Shown here piece after piece: positions 1-9,640 of a stretch of 64,000 bases of DNA. The DNA comes from Candidatus Parcubacteria bacterium (lineage in GTDB: Bacteria; Patescibacteriota; Saccharimonadia; UBA4664; JBIOIQ01). The translations under genes and the position numbers were made by a program. Each line of letters starts with the position of its first letter. The stretch's first letter is position 1. The stretch is from positions 754,433-818,432 of the forward strand of contig OY970378.1 of assembly GCA_963718875.1 (NCBI GenBank), given 5' to 3'. The notes under the pieces were generated by a model that was not told the DNA's origin, searched no databases, and worked only from the letters and a program-made list of their open reading frames with translations.

Positions 1-905
1 GTGCGATCGTTGACAGTCAGTACTAAGCCGTCGGTGCCGTAAGGAAGCTCTTTGCGCTTATTTTCCCATGTACCTGCAAAAGCCATAATTTTGTCTAGTC
101 CATGCACGACCTTACTATGAGGCTCAACAATAAAACCCAATCTATGCGCCAGAGCGTGCTCGGCAGCATGAGTGGATACCCCTGGCACGTCTGTAATTAG
201 AGCGTAAACATGAAAAGCTAGGTTTCGGGCGGCCACCAAAGCAGGATCTAGTTGGCGAATTGTGCCGGCGGCGGTATTGCGGGGGTTGGCAAACAGCGGT
301 AGGCCCTTGCTCAACCGTTGGTTATTAAGCTCCGCAAATACGTTTTTATACATTAATACTTCACCGCGAACTTCAAAGCGGCCATTATAAACGCTCGGGT
401 GCACCATGCTATCCTGCCGCAGCCGCAAAGGAATTGACTCCACGGTGCGTAGATTCATAGTTACATCCTCGCCCACTCGCCCGTCTCCACGCGTTAAGCC
501 TTGCACGAGAACTCCCTTCTCATACACTAGCGATGCAGCCAGCCCATCCATTTTTATCTCAGCATAAAATTCATTATTAAAGTCGGGGCCAAGAAGTTTT
601 TTGGTCCGATTTATCCATTCCGCTAGTTCTGCCTCATCAAACACATCATTCAAGCTAAGCATGGGGCTGTCGTGAGGAATGGGCAAAAACTTGTCTAGTG
701 GCTTCCCCGCTACCCTCTGTGTAGGAGAATCGGCGGTGATGAGCTCCGGAAATTGGCTTTCCAGCTGAACAAGCTCATGTTTTAAGCTGTCAGCTGCTGC
801 TTCGCTCATGGTTGAACGGTCAAGCACGTTCAGATAGTAGCGGTGCTCGTTTATTTGATCGCGCAGCTTAGCTATTCTGTCGGCAGCTTCGGACTTGTTG
901 GTCAT
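1..905 (-). CDS. ligA: NAD-dependent DNA ligase LigA, N-terminal part (gene continues beyond window start)
   Basis: My own translation of the minus strand from ATG at 903-905 gives MTNKSEAADRIAKLRDQINEHRYYLNVLDRSTMSEAAADSLKHEL...EIKMDGLAASLVYE (KxDG adenylation motif). The ATGA stop/start overlap couples it to the upstream ORF. Not in the ORF track because it is truncated. Confidence 0.8.
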   Translation of the reverse strand, partial: MTNKSEAADRIAKLRDQINEHRYYLNVLDRSTMSEAAADSLKHELVQLESQFPELITADSPTQRVAGKPLDKFLPIPHDSPMLSLNDVFDEAELAEWINRTKKLLGPDFNNEFYAEIKMDGLAASLVYEKGVLVQGLTRGDGRVGEDVTMNLRTVESIPLRLRQDSMVHPSVYNGRFEVRGEVLMYKNVFAELNNQRLSKGLPLFANPRNTAAGTIRQLDPALVAARNLAFHVYALITDVPGVSTHAAEHALAHRLGFIVEPHSKVVHGLDKIMAFAGTWENKRKELPYGTDGLVLTVNDR

Positions 906-1645
906 AGCGAACGATAGAGTTTAAACAGGTAAAAGTTGGCGATTGGCAGAAGGACGAGGATGCTTATGAGTTGGATTAATACTTGTAGAGCCAGAGCAAC
1001 CGGAACAGCAGTTGCTGCAAAAGTTGCACCAAAAGCCAGCACCGACAAAATAAGCACATTGAAAGCAAAGAGCGTAATTAGCCTACCAAATACCTTTAGC
1101 ATTTTTCCTTTGACAAGTCGGTTGGCCGATCTAAGGGCTGCGAAGGGAGTTAGATTTTGGTCAATAAGAGCATAAACGGCTAAGATAAAACGCGTTAATA
1201 ACCAAATTGAAGGTAGCGAAAGAACAGCCCAAACTATACCCAGCAAAAGCTTTTCAGGGTTTGATGGTTCAAGGGTTCCCTGCAAGCCTTGGACATAAAA
1301 TAAGTTTCCCAGCAAGAAAGGTAATGCCATCATAAAAAAAACAAACCCCAGAAGCATAAACTTTACCAGAGAACCTGTGCCCACATAATAGACCTCACCT
1401 ATCGTAGGAGAGTGGTTATTCTTAATCTGAGAAATTAGCCATATAAGACCTGAAATAGTTATGAAGTTTAAAAAAGAATTGTAGGCTTTAAACCCACTAT
1501 CGGCGGCAATGTCTGGGACGATACTAAGAAGCGTCAAGGGTAATGCGATTACAGCTATAGCACCAATAATTTTGCCTCGGTTGAGCCAAAAATCTTTTAT
1601 TGCAGCTTTGATCAAATAGCGCCCTTGGGGAACTTTAGCTGCCAT
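902..1645 (-). CDS. polytopic membrane protein, hypothetical (start probably at internal MAAKVPQ)
   Basis: Track ORF 902..1705; multiple hydrophobic segments. First-Met start would overlap htpX by 70 nt, so an internal start is preferred. Confidence 0.5.
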   Translation of the reverse strand: MAAKVPQGRYLIKAAIKDFWLNRGKIIGAIAVIALPLTLLSIVPDIAADSGFKAYNSFLNFITISGLIWLISQIKNNHSPTIGEVYYVGTGSLVKFMLLGFVFFMMALPFLLGNLFYVQGLQGTLEPSNPEKLLLGIVWAVLSLPSIWLLTRFILAVYALIDQNLTPFAALRSANRLVKGKMLKVFGRLITLFAFNVLILSVLAFGATFAATAVPVALALQVLIQLISILVLLPIANFYLFKLYRSL

Positions 1646-2537
1646 TATTGTGCTCCATTCCGCGTAGTCTTTTAATACGATCTTCAAGTGGTGGGTGCGT
1701 GTCAAATAGTCGTAACAGTTTGCTCCCAGCTTGCTTAAACGGGTTGGAAATATACAGATGCGCCGTGGCAGTATTGGCGTGCGATAAAGGCCGCTTTGAT
1801 TGTCCTATTTTAGTAAGGGCACTGGCTAGCCCCTCTGGGTAGCGCGTCAATAGAACGCCCGATGCATCGGCCAAATACTCACGGTTTCTAGAGATTGCGA
1901 GTTGAATAATGGACGCCGCGATAGGCGCTAAAATCGCCATAATGATTCCCAAAATAAAGAATATAGTGTTTCCCTGATTATTATTGGATTCACCGTCGTC
2001 TCCTCCACCAAAAATGGAGAAACGCACGAAAAGGTTACTCACCAAAGAAAGAACACCAACCAAAACCACCACAACTGTCATCAACCTGATATCATAATTA
2101 CCAACATGACTGAGCTCGTGGGCAATTACGCCCTCAACTTCAGTTTTATCCATAATTTCCAGCAGCCCAGTTGTAACGGCTACAACCGAGTGCTTAGGAT
2201 CACGCCCGGTAGCAAATGCATTTGGAGCGGGGTCATTCATTATATATACACGAGGCATTGGGAGGCCACCGGCGATAGCAAGATTTTCAACGATCCTATA
2301 AAGTTCCGGTGCATCGGATTTGACAATTGGTTTTGCCCCCGATATCGCCAAGGTAATGGCCGCCGATGCATAGTAGCTGAAAATGGCGTACGCAGTAGCA
2401 AAAATGACCAGTGTTATAACCAGTCCTGGACTGCTAAGGGCGCGCGACAGGATCCAGCCAAAAACGGCCATAAACGCTACAAAACCAAACATTAATGCAA
2501 TGGTTCGACGTTTGTTACTATCAATCTGCTGATACAT
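1635..2537 (-). CDS. htpX: zinc metalloprotease HtpX homolog (M48 family)
   Basis: HELSHV (HExxH) motif flanked by TM segments; typical HtpX architecture and length. Confidence 0.8.
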   Translation of the reverse strand: MYQQIDSNKRRTIALMFGFVAFMAVFGWILSRALSSPGLVITLVIFATAYAIFSYYASAAITLAISGAKPIVKSDAPELYRIVENLAIAGGLPMPRVYIMNDPAPNAFATGRDPKHSVVAVTTGLLEIMDKTEVEGVIAHELSHVGNYDIRLMTVVVVLVGVLSLVSNLFVRFSIFGGGDDGESNNNQGNTIFFILGIIMAILAPIAASIIQLAISRNREYLADASGVLLTRYPEGLASALTKIGQSKRPLSHANTATAHLYISNPFKQAGSKLLRLFDTHPPLEDRIKRLRGMEHNNGS

Positions 2538-2552
2538 AACTAGTTACCTTTT

Positions 2553-3002
2553 TTATGAAGATTGTAGGTCAATGCGATTAGCCGCTGAGACATCACGGGA
2601 CGGCTCACCTTCGACTGGTTCGTCGGTCGATTCTACGGGGCTCTCTACCTGCTCCGGCTGGGGTATGATTTGGCGGAACGTGGTGGGGTTTTGAAGACGG
2701 GTCAAAAGTTCGTTTGCTGCTTTGGCGACTTCGCCGGTGTCGAGAGCCGGGTATATGCGGTCTACCAGTTCAATTTGAGTTTGCAGGCTTACAACATCGC
2801 GGATATTGGCTGGTTGTTGCTGGACTAAGTTCAGTGCAACGGTGGTGGGGATATTAACTGCTGCTGAGTTGAGTGAAGCTGCTAAGGCCGATCGTTCGTC
2901 CGCAGGAAGCGCTTCAATGAGTTCGTGCACCTTTTGGCTTAGTACAATCGCTTCTTCCCAGGCACAATAGTCTCGGTATGTTTCGCTCATACGCGTGTCC
3001 AA
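2553..3002 (-). CDS. hypothetical protein
   Basis: 149-aa track ORF between htpX and the LemA-like gene, same strand; no recognisable motif. Confidence 0.4.
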   Translation of the reverse strand: MDTRMSETYRDYCAWEEAIVLSQKVHELIEALPADERSALAASLNSAAVNIPTTVALNLVQQQPANIRDVVSLQTQIELVDRIYPALDTGEVAKAANELLTRLQNPTTFRQIIPQPEQVESPVESTDEPVEGEPSRDVSAANRIDLQSS

Positions 3003-3560
3003 TTAAAATTTTACGTCCACAGGCTTGTCAACTTCGGCTTGGTTTTCAACACTAAAGAACTCGCGGCTAGTAAATCCCAGCGTGCTTGCAAATATATTGG
3101 TGGGGAATACCTGAAGCTTAATATTAAAGTCGCGCACATTGCCATTGTAAAAACGCCTAGCGGCTTGAATTTTGTCTTCGGTATCAACCAGCTCACCTTG
3201 AAGTTGTAAAAAGTTTTCGTTAGCCTTCAGATCTGGATAAGCCTCAGCAACAGCAAATAGACTTTTTAAAGCACCTGCGAGCATGTTTTCATTCTCGGCT
3301 TTTTCGGCCACATTAGTGGCGCTCATAGCGGCAGTCCGCGCCTGGGTAACTTTTTCGAAAACACCTGATTCGTGGGTGGCATATCCCTTGACACTGTTTA
3401 CCAGATTTGGAATGAGATCGTAGCGGCGCTTGAGCTGCACGGTGATATCACTCCAGGCCTCGTCTGTACGGTTACGCAAACGGATTAGTCCATTATACGT
3501 AGCCCACAGAAATACAATTAATAAGCCGATAATAATAAGCAAAATCCATAGACCCAGCAT
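3003..3560 (-). CDS. LemA family protein
   Basis: N-terminal TM plus the conserved LemA core (NGLIRLRNRTDEAWSDI..VQLKRRYDLIPNLV). The LemA-HtpX-like pairing is common. Confidence 0.75.
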   Translation of the reverse strand: MLGLWILLIIIGLLIVFLWATYNGLIRLRNRTDEAWSDITVQLKRRYDLIPNLVNSVKGYATHESGVFEKVTQARTAAMSATNVAEKAENENMLAGALKSLFAVAEAYPDLKANENFLQLQGELVDTEDKIQAARRFYNGNVRDFNIKLQVFPTNIFASTLGFTSREFFSVENQAEVDKPVDVKF

Positions 3561-3877
3561 TGATACAACCTCTTTCGTATTATAGCTCTAGTATAACACG
3601 TACATGCGCTTGCTTGCCACGAGTGAGTATTAGAGAAGCTTTTAAAAACGTGCTTGTACTCTGGTTGATAAAATTAGGCATTTAAGCTACGATTTGGCAG
3701 TTGTAAATGATGGTCGCAGGGGCTATGGTCTGTGTTGATTGGTGCGGCATGAGACGTTCAAATTTAGATGCAGTTTAAGGAGATGTGAGCACAGCAAGCG
3801 AGCCGTACATAAAAGGTACGGCGAGTGCGGAGCGCAGACGTCGACACAGAAATGCGGTAAATTTGAACGTAGAATTA

Positions 3878-3963
3878 GGGCGAGTGGTGAAATGGTATAC
3901 ACGCTAGCATGAGGGGCTAGTGACCGCAAGGTCGTGGAGGTTCAAGTCCTCTCTCGCCCACCA
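3878..3963 (+). tRNA. tRNA-Leu (anticodon GAG), long variable arm
   Basis: Manual fold: acceptor GGGCGAG/CTCGCCC, anticodon stem CTAGC/GCTAG with loop ATGAGGG, long variable arm, T-arm GGAGG-TTCAAGT-CCTCT, CCA encoded. Confidence 0.7.
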
Positions 3964-4048
3964 AAGCAATCTTCGCTTTTTTATCAAACACTTTATTAAA
4001 AATGCTCCCGCACCGGCTAACCGGTACGGGAGAAAATGGTGCAAGAAT

Positions 4049-4816
4049 CTACATGCCGACCGCGTGAAAACCGCCATCGGCGTGGATGATCTCACCAGTT
4101 GTGGCGGGGAGCCAGTCTGACAACAGAGCCACACAGGTTCTAGCGACCGACTTGGGGTCTTTGGCGTCCCAGCCTAGAGGAGCTCGAGCATCCCAGGGTT
4201 CGGCGATAGCGTCGAAGCCGGCAATGGATCTGGCGGCTACTGTCTTGAGCGGTCCTGCCGAAACCAGGTTGACCCTGACGCTGTACTGACCCAAGTCACG
4301 AGCGAGGTAGCGGGCAGTAGATTCCAGCGCTGCCTTTGCCACACCCATCCAGTTGTAGGACGGCCATGCTTGGCTGGCGTCAAAGTCAAGCCCAACAATG
4401 GAGCCGCCACCTTTCATCAACAGCAAAAGAGTTTCGGCTAGCGCTTTGAGAGAGAAAGCTGACGTCTGGACGGCCACGGACACGTCAGGCCATGGCGCAG
4501 CTAGAAAATCGCCTCCGATACAGGATGCCGGGCCATAGGCGATGGCGTGGAGCACTCCGTCTAAGTGGTCCCAGCGATTACCAAGGTCAGTAGCCAATGA
4601 GGCTAAGTGTTCCAAATCATTAACATCCACCTCCAGCACATCGGGGACGGGAAACAATCTACTGGCTGTTCGTCTGGTCACGCTCATGGCTCGACCGAAG
4701 CTGGTCAAGACTATTTCGGCGCCTTCACCCTGAGCCACCTTGGCCACTTCGTACGCAATCGAGTCGGAGTTAAGGACTCCCGTTATCAACAACCGCTTGC
4801 CATCCAGCAGCCCCAT
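4049..4816 (-). CDS. fabI: enoyl-ACP reductase, NADH-dependent (FabI/InhA type); high-GC island gene
   Basis: SDR-fold enoyl reductase signature (GKRLLITGV...SIAY, Y..K catalytic region, DGGFHA C-terminal motif as in InhA). Visibly GC-rich codons. Confidence 0.8.
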   Translation of the reverse strand: MGLLDGKRLLITGVLNSDSIAYEVAKVAQGEGAEIVLTSFGRAMSVTRRTASRLFPVPDVLEVDVNDLEHLASLATDLGNRWDHLDGVLHAIAYGPASCIGGDFLAAPWPDVSVAVQTSAFSLKALAETLLLLMKGGGSIVGLDFDASQAWPSYNWMGVAKAALESTARYLARDLGQYSVRVNLVSAGPLKTVAARSIAGFDAIAEPWDARAPLGWDAKDPKSVARTCVALLSDWLPATTGEIIHADGGFHAVGM

Positions 4817-4965
4817 TGGGGTCTCCTTTGATCGTTCTTAGGGACGGGTCAAGTAATAACACACTTTGATTGAAAATTACAGCATAAGTGGAGCGGTGTT
4901 AGAATTAAAACGCGTGAGCGCCTCCCGTACTGGCAAGATGCTCAGCGCGGAAGGCGCGTCGGGGA

Positions 4966-5637
4966 TTAGGGGTCGGTAGAGTTGGGTACTGCCTGAGCTA
5001 ACTCAGACCAGTGCTCATGCAAAAGCTGTCCTTCTACCCAGGCGAGAGCTAGCATGATGACCTGCCACTGGCGATCTTCCCCCTCACCCCCTGTGTGGCT
5101 CCACGTTTTGCCATCAATAAACACGCACTCGATGGCGTGTACGTAATTTTCAACCGGCTCGAAGATAAGCACCAAACTTCCTGGTTGTTGCCTGCCATCA
5201 TCATCGAACCTCTCCACTATGGCTCGAACATAAACGGTACCATCTGTGCCCTTAAATGGCTTTGCTTCGGTAACTTTTGCCCAGCTATCAAACCACAATT
5301 GTTCGATCTGGATCCTGAGAGCTCGCTCTTCGCCTTGAAGCTGGAACAATCGGTCTTTTTCCTGGCGTCGCAACCTTTCCTTCTTAGTACTTTCAGATCG
5401 GGCGAAGTTTTTGAGGGCTGTATCGACCACAAAAAGCATGAGGACCGAAGTCGCAATGAATATCCATCCAATGACTTTTTTGTGGCGCACAACGAAGCCA
5501 ATTTCCGGGAGCACAACGAAGCCAATTGCAAGACAAACAAAAGCGTCGAATGTCTTTTTGAATGCCCCGTACCGATCCTGCCATTTAGTGGAGCTGTATT
5601 TGTACACGAATTCCTCCCATCGAATGGCCGTCTGCAA
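4966..5637 (-). CDS. hypothetical membrane protein
   Basis: 223-aa track ORF with two TM segments and a charged coiled-coil stretch. Overlapping ORFs 5095..5661(+) and 5217..5861(-) judged spurious. Confidence 0.45.
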   Translation of the reverse strand: MQTAIRWEEFVYKYSSTKWQDRYGAFKKTFDAFVCLAIGFVVLPEIGFVVRHKKVIGWIFIATSVLMLFVVDTALKNFARSESTKKERLRRQEKDRLFQLQGEERALRIQIEQLWFDSWAKVTEAKPFKGTDGTVYVRAIVERFDDDGRQQPGSLVLIFEPVENYVHAIECVFIDGKTWSHTGGEGEDRQWQVIMLALAWVEGQLLHEHWSELAQAVPNSTDP

Positions 5638-6151
5638 GATTGCGCGGCGAGGATGAGCTGATTATAGTCAGCTAGCTTAACTTGTGCAATTAAAGCGATC
5701 AGCTGTGTTTTCATAGCAGCCAACGCAGAGCGGCAAAGAACCTTCTCAGCTTTGGCCGGTACAACTAGATAATGAGACTGAGATTTTCGGGAAAGACTAT
5801 GTTTTGACTTTTTTTTGGGGGGTAAATGTATAGCGTCTATCGGAGCGATTTTCGACTTCACCGATCACGGCGGGCTGAAGGACATGATCATTTTCTGGCA
5901 TTCCCCACAACTCGGACAACTCTTATTAACGGGTTAGCGGGGTATTAGTCATTTATAACCTATGTTTTGGTTATATCCATTTTGTAATTAGACAGTACAT
6001 ATAAACATTGTGGTAGCTAAGCGCAAAAAGTTGTGAGTTTAGCTAGCGCCTGGCCAGACCAAGATGTTTATTCTTATATAATACAGGTCTAAATTTTATT
6101 TTATGTTCTAACTATATTCAGCTTATAAGCTTAGATAACCACCAGAGGAGT

Positions 6152-7360
6152 TTGCTTGCCGTGAGCCAGGCTTCGGATATTGCAAAAAGACAACCTTTTA
6201 GTAGAGACGATAAGCCACTTTCGGGCAATCAGCTTTTAGATACATTAGCCGAGCTAAGCTCCTCTAAGGCAACCCTAGAAGAAGACCGCATTCGCAACCA
6301 GGCTTTACTTAATAGTTTGGGCGAGGGATTAATTGTTATCGACCAGGACGGCATTATTACAACCATCAATCCCAAAGCGGCTGAGATCTTAGGAGTCACG
6401 GAGACTGAATTGTTAGGAGAGTGGTTCCCACGCGCCGTTCAAGCTGTAGACTCTGGAGGTAGGGTGATCCAAACTTTGAAACGTCCTATCATCCAGGCTT
6501 TGTCGCAAGGTCATGCTGTATCTGGAAACTCAAATTATGTCTGCAATGATGGTAGCATAATTCCGGTAGCTTCAAATGTTGCTCCTGTGGTGGTAAACGG
6601 GCGACCCGTGGGTGCTATTGAAGTGTTCCGCGATATTACCGAAGAACAAGCTTTAGAGCGGGCTAAAGACGAGTTTGTTTCGCTGGCGTCACATCAGTTA
6701 CGCACGCCTGCAACTGCAGTTAAGGCAATTTTGGCCATGCTCGTAAGTGGTGATTTTGGCGAAATGACCCCAAGGCAAAAGCATTTTATAACTAAGGCCA
6801 TCTCTACTAATGATCGTCAGCTGGAGATCATTGAAGACATGCTTCATGCTGCTAGAATTGACGCAGGCAAGATGCAACTTTCTTTGGAGACAGTGGAGCT
6901 GGTGGGGATGTGCAATGAAGTAGTGCGAGAGCAGCTGCGAGACATCGAGAGTCGCAAACAAACCATTAATATTCGTCGGCCATCACAGGAGTTGTTTGTT
7001 AAAGCCGATGCTACAAAACTACGTATGGTTTTGGAGAACCTCATTTCCAATGCCCATAAATATACCCCCAACGGCGGTAGAATAGATATCAGGACAGTAG
7101 TGACAACCCCTACAGTCCGGGTTGAGGTAGCCGACACTGGGGTGGGTATTAAAAAATCTGATTTAAATAAACTGTTTGATAAGTTTTCTCGTATCGATAA
7201 CCAGCTATCAGCTAAAGTAGGCGGCAGCGGGTTAGGGTTATACTTAGTCAAACACATAATTAATTTACACGAAGGCAATATACACGTGGAGTCTAAACTT
7301 GGTGAAGGGAGTACGTTTACGGTGGAGCTACCAATGCTTGCTAGGTCTAAGGCTTTGTGA
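6152..7360 (+). CDS. sensor histidine kinase, cytoplasmic, with PAS domain
   Basis: PAS-like region (GLIVIDQDGII), HisKA H-box SHQLRTP, HATPase_c N/G boxes (NAHKYTP, GGSGLGL). Confidence 0.8.
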   Translation: MLAVSQASDIAKRQPFSRDDKPLSGNQLLDTLAELSSSKATLEEDRIRNQALLNSLGEGLIVIDQDGIITTINPKAAEILGVTETELLGEWFPRAVQAVDSGGRVIQTLKRPIIQALSQGHAVSGNSNYVCNDGSIIPVASNVAPVVVNGRPVGAIEVFRDITEEQALERAKDEFVSLASHQLRTPATAVKAILAMLVSGDFGEMTPRQKHFITKAISTNDRQLEIIEDMLHAARIDAGKMQLSLETVELVGMCNEVVREQLRDIESRKQTINIRRPSQELFVKADATKLRMVLENLISNAHKYTPNGGRIDIRTVVTTPTVRVEVADTGVGIKKSDLNKLFDKFSRIDNQLSAKVGGSGLGLYLVKHIINLHEGNIHVESKLGEGSTFTVELPMLARSKAL

Positions 7361-8313
7361 ATAAATTCATAAGCAGAGAATTAGGCCAAAAAAAGAGGGG
7401 TTTATCGAATAAAATTATTTATTTTGCAGTTATTGTTTGTTGGTTAGTATACGCAGGACTAGCGCTACAAAGCCCTTCAAGAGGTGCTGCTAGATTCAAT
7501 TTAAGCTCGTCTCAGACCCAGCTTGTGCAGTTAACGATAATTTTACCTTTGCTTGCCATATGGTTAGTAGCCACATATGGAGCTTTGCGATTTCGGCACT
7601 ACGCAAAGATGATAAAAACAAGCCCAGACGGACAAGCGGCATCTACTCTAGCGAAAGGCCTTATAGCACTGGTAATTTATTTAGTTATTTCCAGCATTGT
7701 CAATAGCGCTGGTCCATATTTTGCTGGTACACCGTGGGTAAAAATTATGGTAATTATAAAAAACTACTTACCCCTGGCCATTGCTTTCATAGCTTTCGCG
7801 CTACTTTACCAAGGATCTCTGAAATTAATGTTTCTTATAAAAGCACCGACCTGGCGCGCCAGCCGACTAATTTTGTTTTTAATCCCTTTTTGTATGTTTG
7901 CGATATTTTTCACTTGGGTTTTTTACCTTAATCCTGACCTTCATGAAACGGCTAGCAACGGCCTGCCCTACTTCGTCGCCCCCCGCGCATTACTACTTTT
8001 TACATATGTTTTGCCTTACTTATTAATGTGGTTTTTGGGGAGCTTAGCAGCCTTGAACATCCGGCTTTACGCACGAGACGTAAACGGCTCTATCTATCGC
8101 TCAGCTTTACTCAATCTTGTCGGTGGCATAGCGACTGTGGTGTTTTTAACTATAGCGCTCCAGCTATTATCTACTGTATCTTCGACGATTAACCATTTAA
8201 ATTTAGCCTCTATTTTATTGTTGGTCTACGTACTAGTGATTTTGTACGCACTCGGATATGCACTGATAGCATTAGGTTCGAAAAAGCTACTCAAGATCGA
8301 AGAGACTCAATGA
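7357..8313 (+). CDS. polytopic membrane protein (about 8 TM) encoded between kinase and regulator
   Basis: 318 aa, highly hydrophobic; start overlaps the kinase stop by 4 nt. Confidence 0.55.
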   Translation: MNKFISRELGQKKRGLSNKIIYFAVIVCWLVYAGLALQSPSRGAARFNLSSSQTQLVQLTIILPLLAIWLVATYGALRFRHYAKMIKTSPDGQAASTLAKGLIALVIYLVISSIVNSAGPYFAGTPWVKIMVIIKNYLPLAIAFIAFALLYQGSLKLMFLIKAPTWRASRLILFLIPFCMFAIFFTWVFYLNPDLHETASNGLPYFVAPRALLLFTYVLPYLLMWFLGSLAALNIRLYARDVNGSIYRSALLNLVGGIATVVFLTIALQLLSTVSSTINHLNLASILLLVYVLVILYALGYALIALGSKKLLKIEETQ

Positions 8314-8573
8314 GCGATGACCTCTTTGAATCCATTGTCAACATTGCTGAAGAGTATATAGGACCTCCCGCCAAGCGATTTATGTCGCGACAAATTATAT
8401 CCCACCTTCAAAAAGACCCCAATGAAATTGTGCTGTCTGATATTCCGTTGCTAGCAGACTGGACACGCATCACGGTAGCTTTACTAACGGAAGATAAAGA
8501 AATGGTAGAAAGTTTTATTCAACGCCTGCTTAAGCTGAGTGAGCCTGATGTGGGGGTAAAAAATGGCAGCTAA
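8310..8573 (+). CDS. small hypothetical protein in the two-component operon
   Basis: 87 aa; overlapping start/stop with both neighbours. Confidence 0.4.
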   Translation: MSDDLFESIVNIAEEYIGPPAKRFMSRQIISHLQKDPNEIVLSDIPLLADWTRITVALLTEDKEMVESFIQRLLKLSEPDVGVKNGS

Positions 8574-8949
8574 GCGAATTCTACTAGTTGAAGATGACGA
8601 CCTGCTACGCGAACTTTACGAAATTAAGTTTTTTGCCGAAGGTTTTGAGGTAGCGGCTACGCGCGACGGACAAGAAGCTTTGGATCGGGTGGAGGAATTC
8701 GAGCCTGGAATAATTTTGCTAGATATGATGATGCCTGTGATGAACGGAATGGAGTTTTTACGTCGCTATAAGCCAACCGACCACCCACAGGTTAAAGTGA
8801 TTGTTTTGAGTAACAAATCGACTCCTAATGACGTTTATGATGCTAAACGTTTAGGCATTACTGACTACCTTATCAAGTCGAAATTTACGCCAGACGATTT
8901 GGTTCAGGAACTACATTATTATGCTTTTGACGAGCCCAAAAAAGAGTAA
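8563..8949 (+). CDS. single-domain response regulator (CheY-like receiver)
   Basis: RILLVEDDD..., phospho-acceptor D in ILLDMMMP, conserved T/S and K (KVIVLSNKS...LIKSK); no output domain. Confidence 0.8.
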   Translation: MAAKRILLVEDDDLLRELYEIKFFAEGFEVAATRDGQEALDRVEEFEPGIILLDMMMPVMNGMEFLRRYKPTDHPQVKVIVLSNKSTPNDVYDAKRLGITDYLIKSKFTPDDLVQELHYYAFDEPKKE

Positions 8950-9038
8950 CATCAGTGTGTTTTCTAGCACGATAACTTCAAGAGTAGCCTTGTTTGAATT
9001 GAATCACCCTTGTATTATTAAGCAGCGCCAAAACGTTA

Positions 9039-9079
9039 GGGCGATTAGCTCTCCGTCGGATGACGGATGACTAGAGCGC
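9039..9079 (+). pseudogene. truncated pseudo-tRNA: 5' part of the tRNA-Val sequence with the D-loop replaced by a 16-nt palindrome
   Basis: GGGCGATTAGCTC and AGAGCGC are identical to the tRNA-Val immediately downstream; between them TCCGTC-GGAT-GACGGA replaces the D-loop. Confidence 0.4.
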
Positions 9080-9092
9080 TTATGTGATATTA

Positions 9093-9169
<77 letters not shown>

Positions 9170-9310
9170 GATTGATTGAAAAATAAGTTCAAAACCGGTA
9201 TGATGCTTCAGTTAGTAACCACCTCAAGTCTCGTATTCTGAGGTAATACTACATCGAGCGCGAACTGGAGGTAATGATGTCGAAGTGCGAGAACTATGAA
9301 GCGTGGTTGC

Positions 9311-9386
9311 GGCGCCTTAGCTCAGTTGGTAGAGCAGTGGCCTGAAGAGCCTCGTGTCGTTGGTTCGAATCCAACAGGCGCCACCA
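9311..9386 (+). tRNA. tRNA-Phe (anticodon GAA)
   Basis: Acceptor GGCGCCT/AGGCGCC, anticodon loop CTGAAGA, T-arm GTTGG-TTCGAAT-CCAAC, CCA encoded. Confidence 0.75.
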
Positions 9387-9510
9387 TTCGACTCCCCCGC
9401 ATCAGATGCGGGGTCGCTCATTGGTAAACCATTTTTTTTGGATCAGGGATTTATAGATAGTATTTAGGGTACTTCCTAGCTACTAACTGCTAGTCCCTAA
9501 TCCATAGTAT

Positions 9511-9586
9511 GCGGGTGTAGCTCAGCTGTTAGAGCGCTTCCTTGCCAAGGAAGAGGCCCAGGGTTAGAGTCCCTGTACCCGCACCA
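9511..9586 (+). tRNA. tRNA-Gly (anticodon GCC)
   Basis: Acceptor GCGGGTG/TACCCGC, anticodon stem CTTCC/GGAAG with loop TTGCCAA, T-arm CAGGG-TTAGAGT-CCCTG, CCA encoded. Confidence 0.75.
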
Positions 9587-9640
9587 TTTTAGCTAAACCG
9601 ACAAATACGCTGTGAAGCGTATTTTTGTTATGATAAGCAT

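Noticed and set aside
3878-3963. Initial impression that the long-variable-arm tRNAs at 3878 and 23803 were tRNA-Ser
   Set aside because: Manual folding places GAG and CAG in the anticodon position. These are leucine anticodons, and no Ser anticodon fits.
3904-4134. ORFs 3904..4134(-) and 3920..4120(+) overlapping the tRNA-Leu(GAG) 3' end and the fabI 3' end
   Set aside because: They overlap a structural RNA and a well-supported CDS, and have no start or RBS context.
5095-5861. Track ORFs 5095..5661(+), 5217..5861(-), 5393..5584(-), 5411..5656(+) overlapping the 4966..5637 gene
   Set aside because: Mutually overlapping, low-complexity or Arg/Ser/Cys-rich translations without motifs. The 223-aa minus-strand ORF has coherent TM and coiled-coil features, so the others are treated as shadow ORFs.
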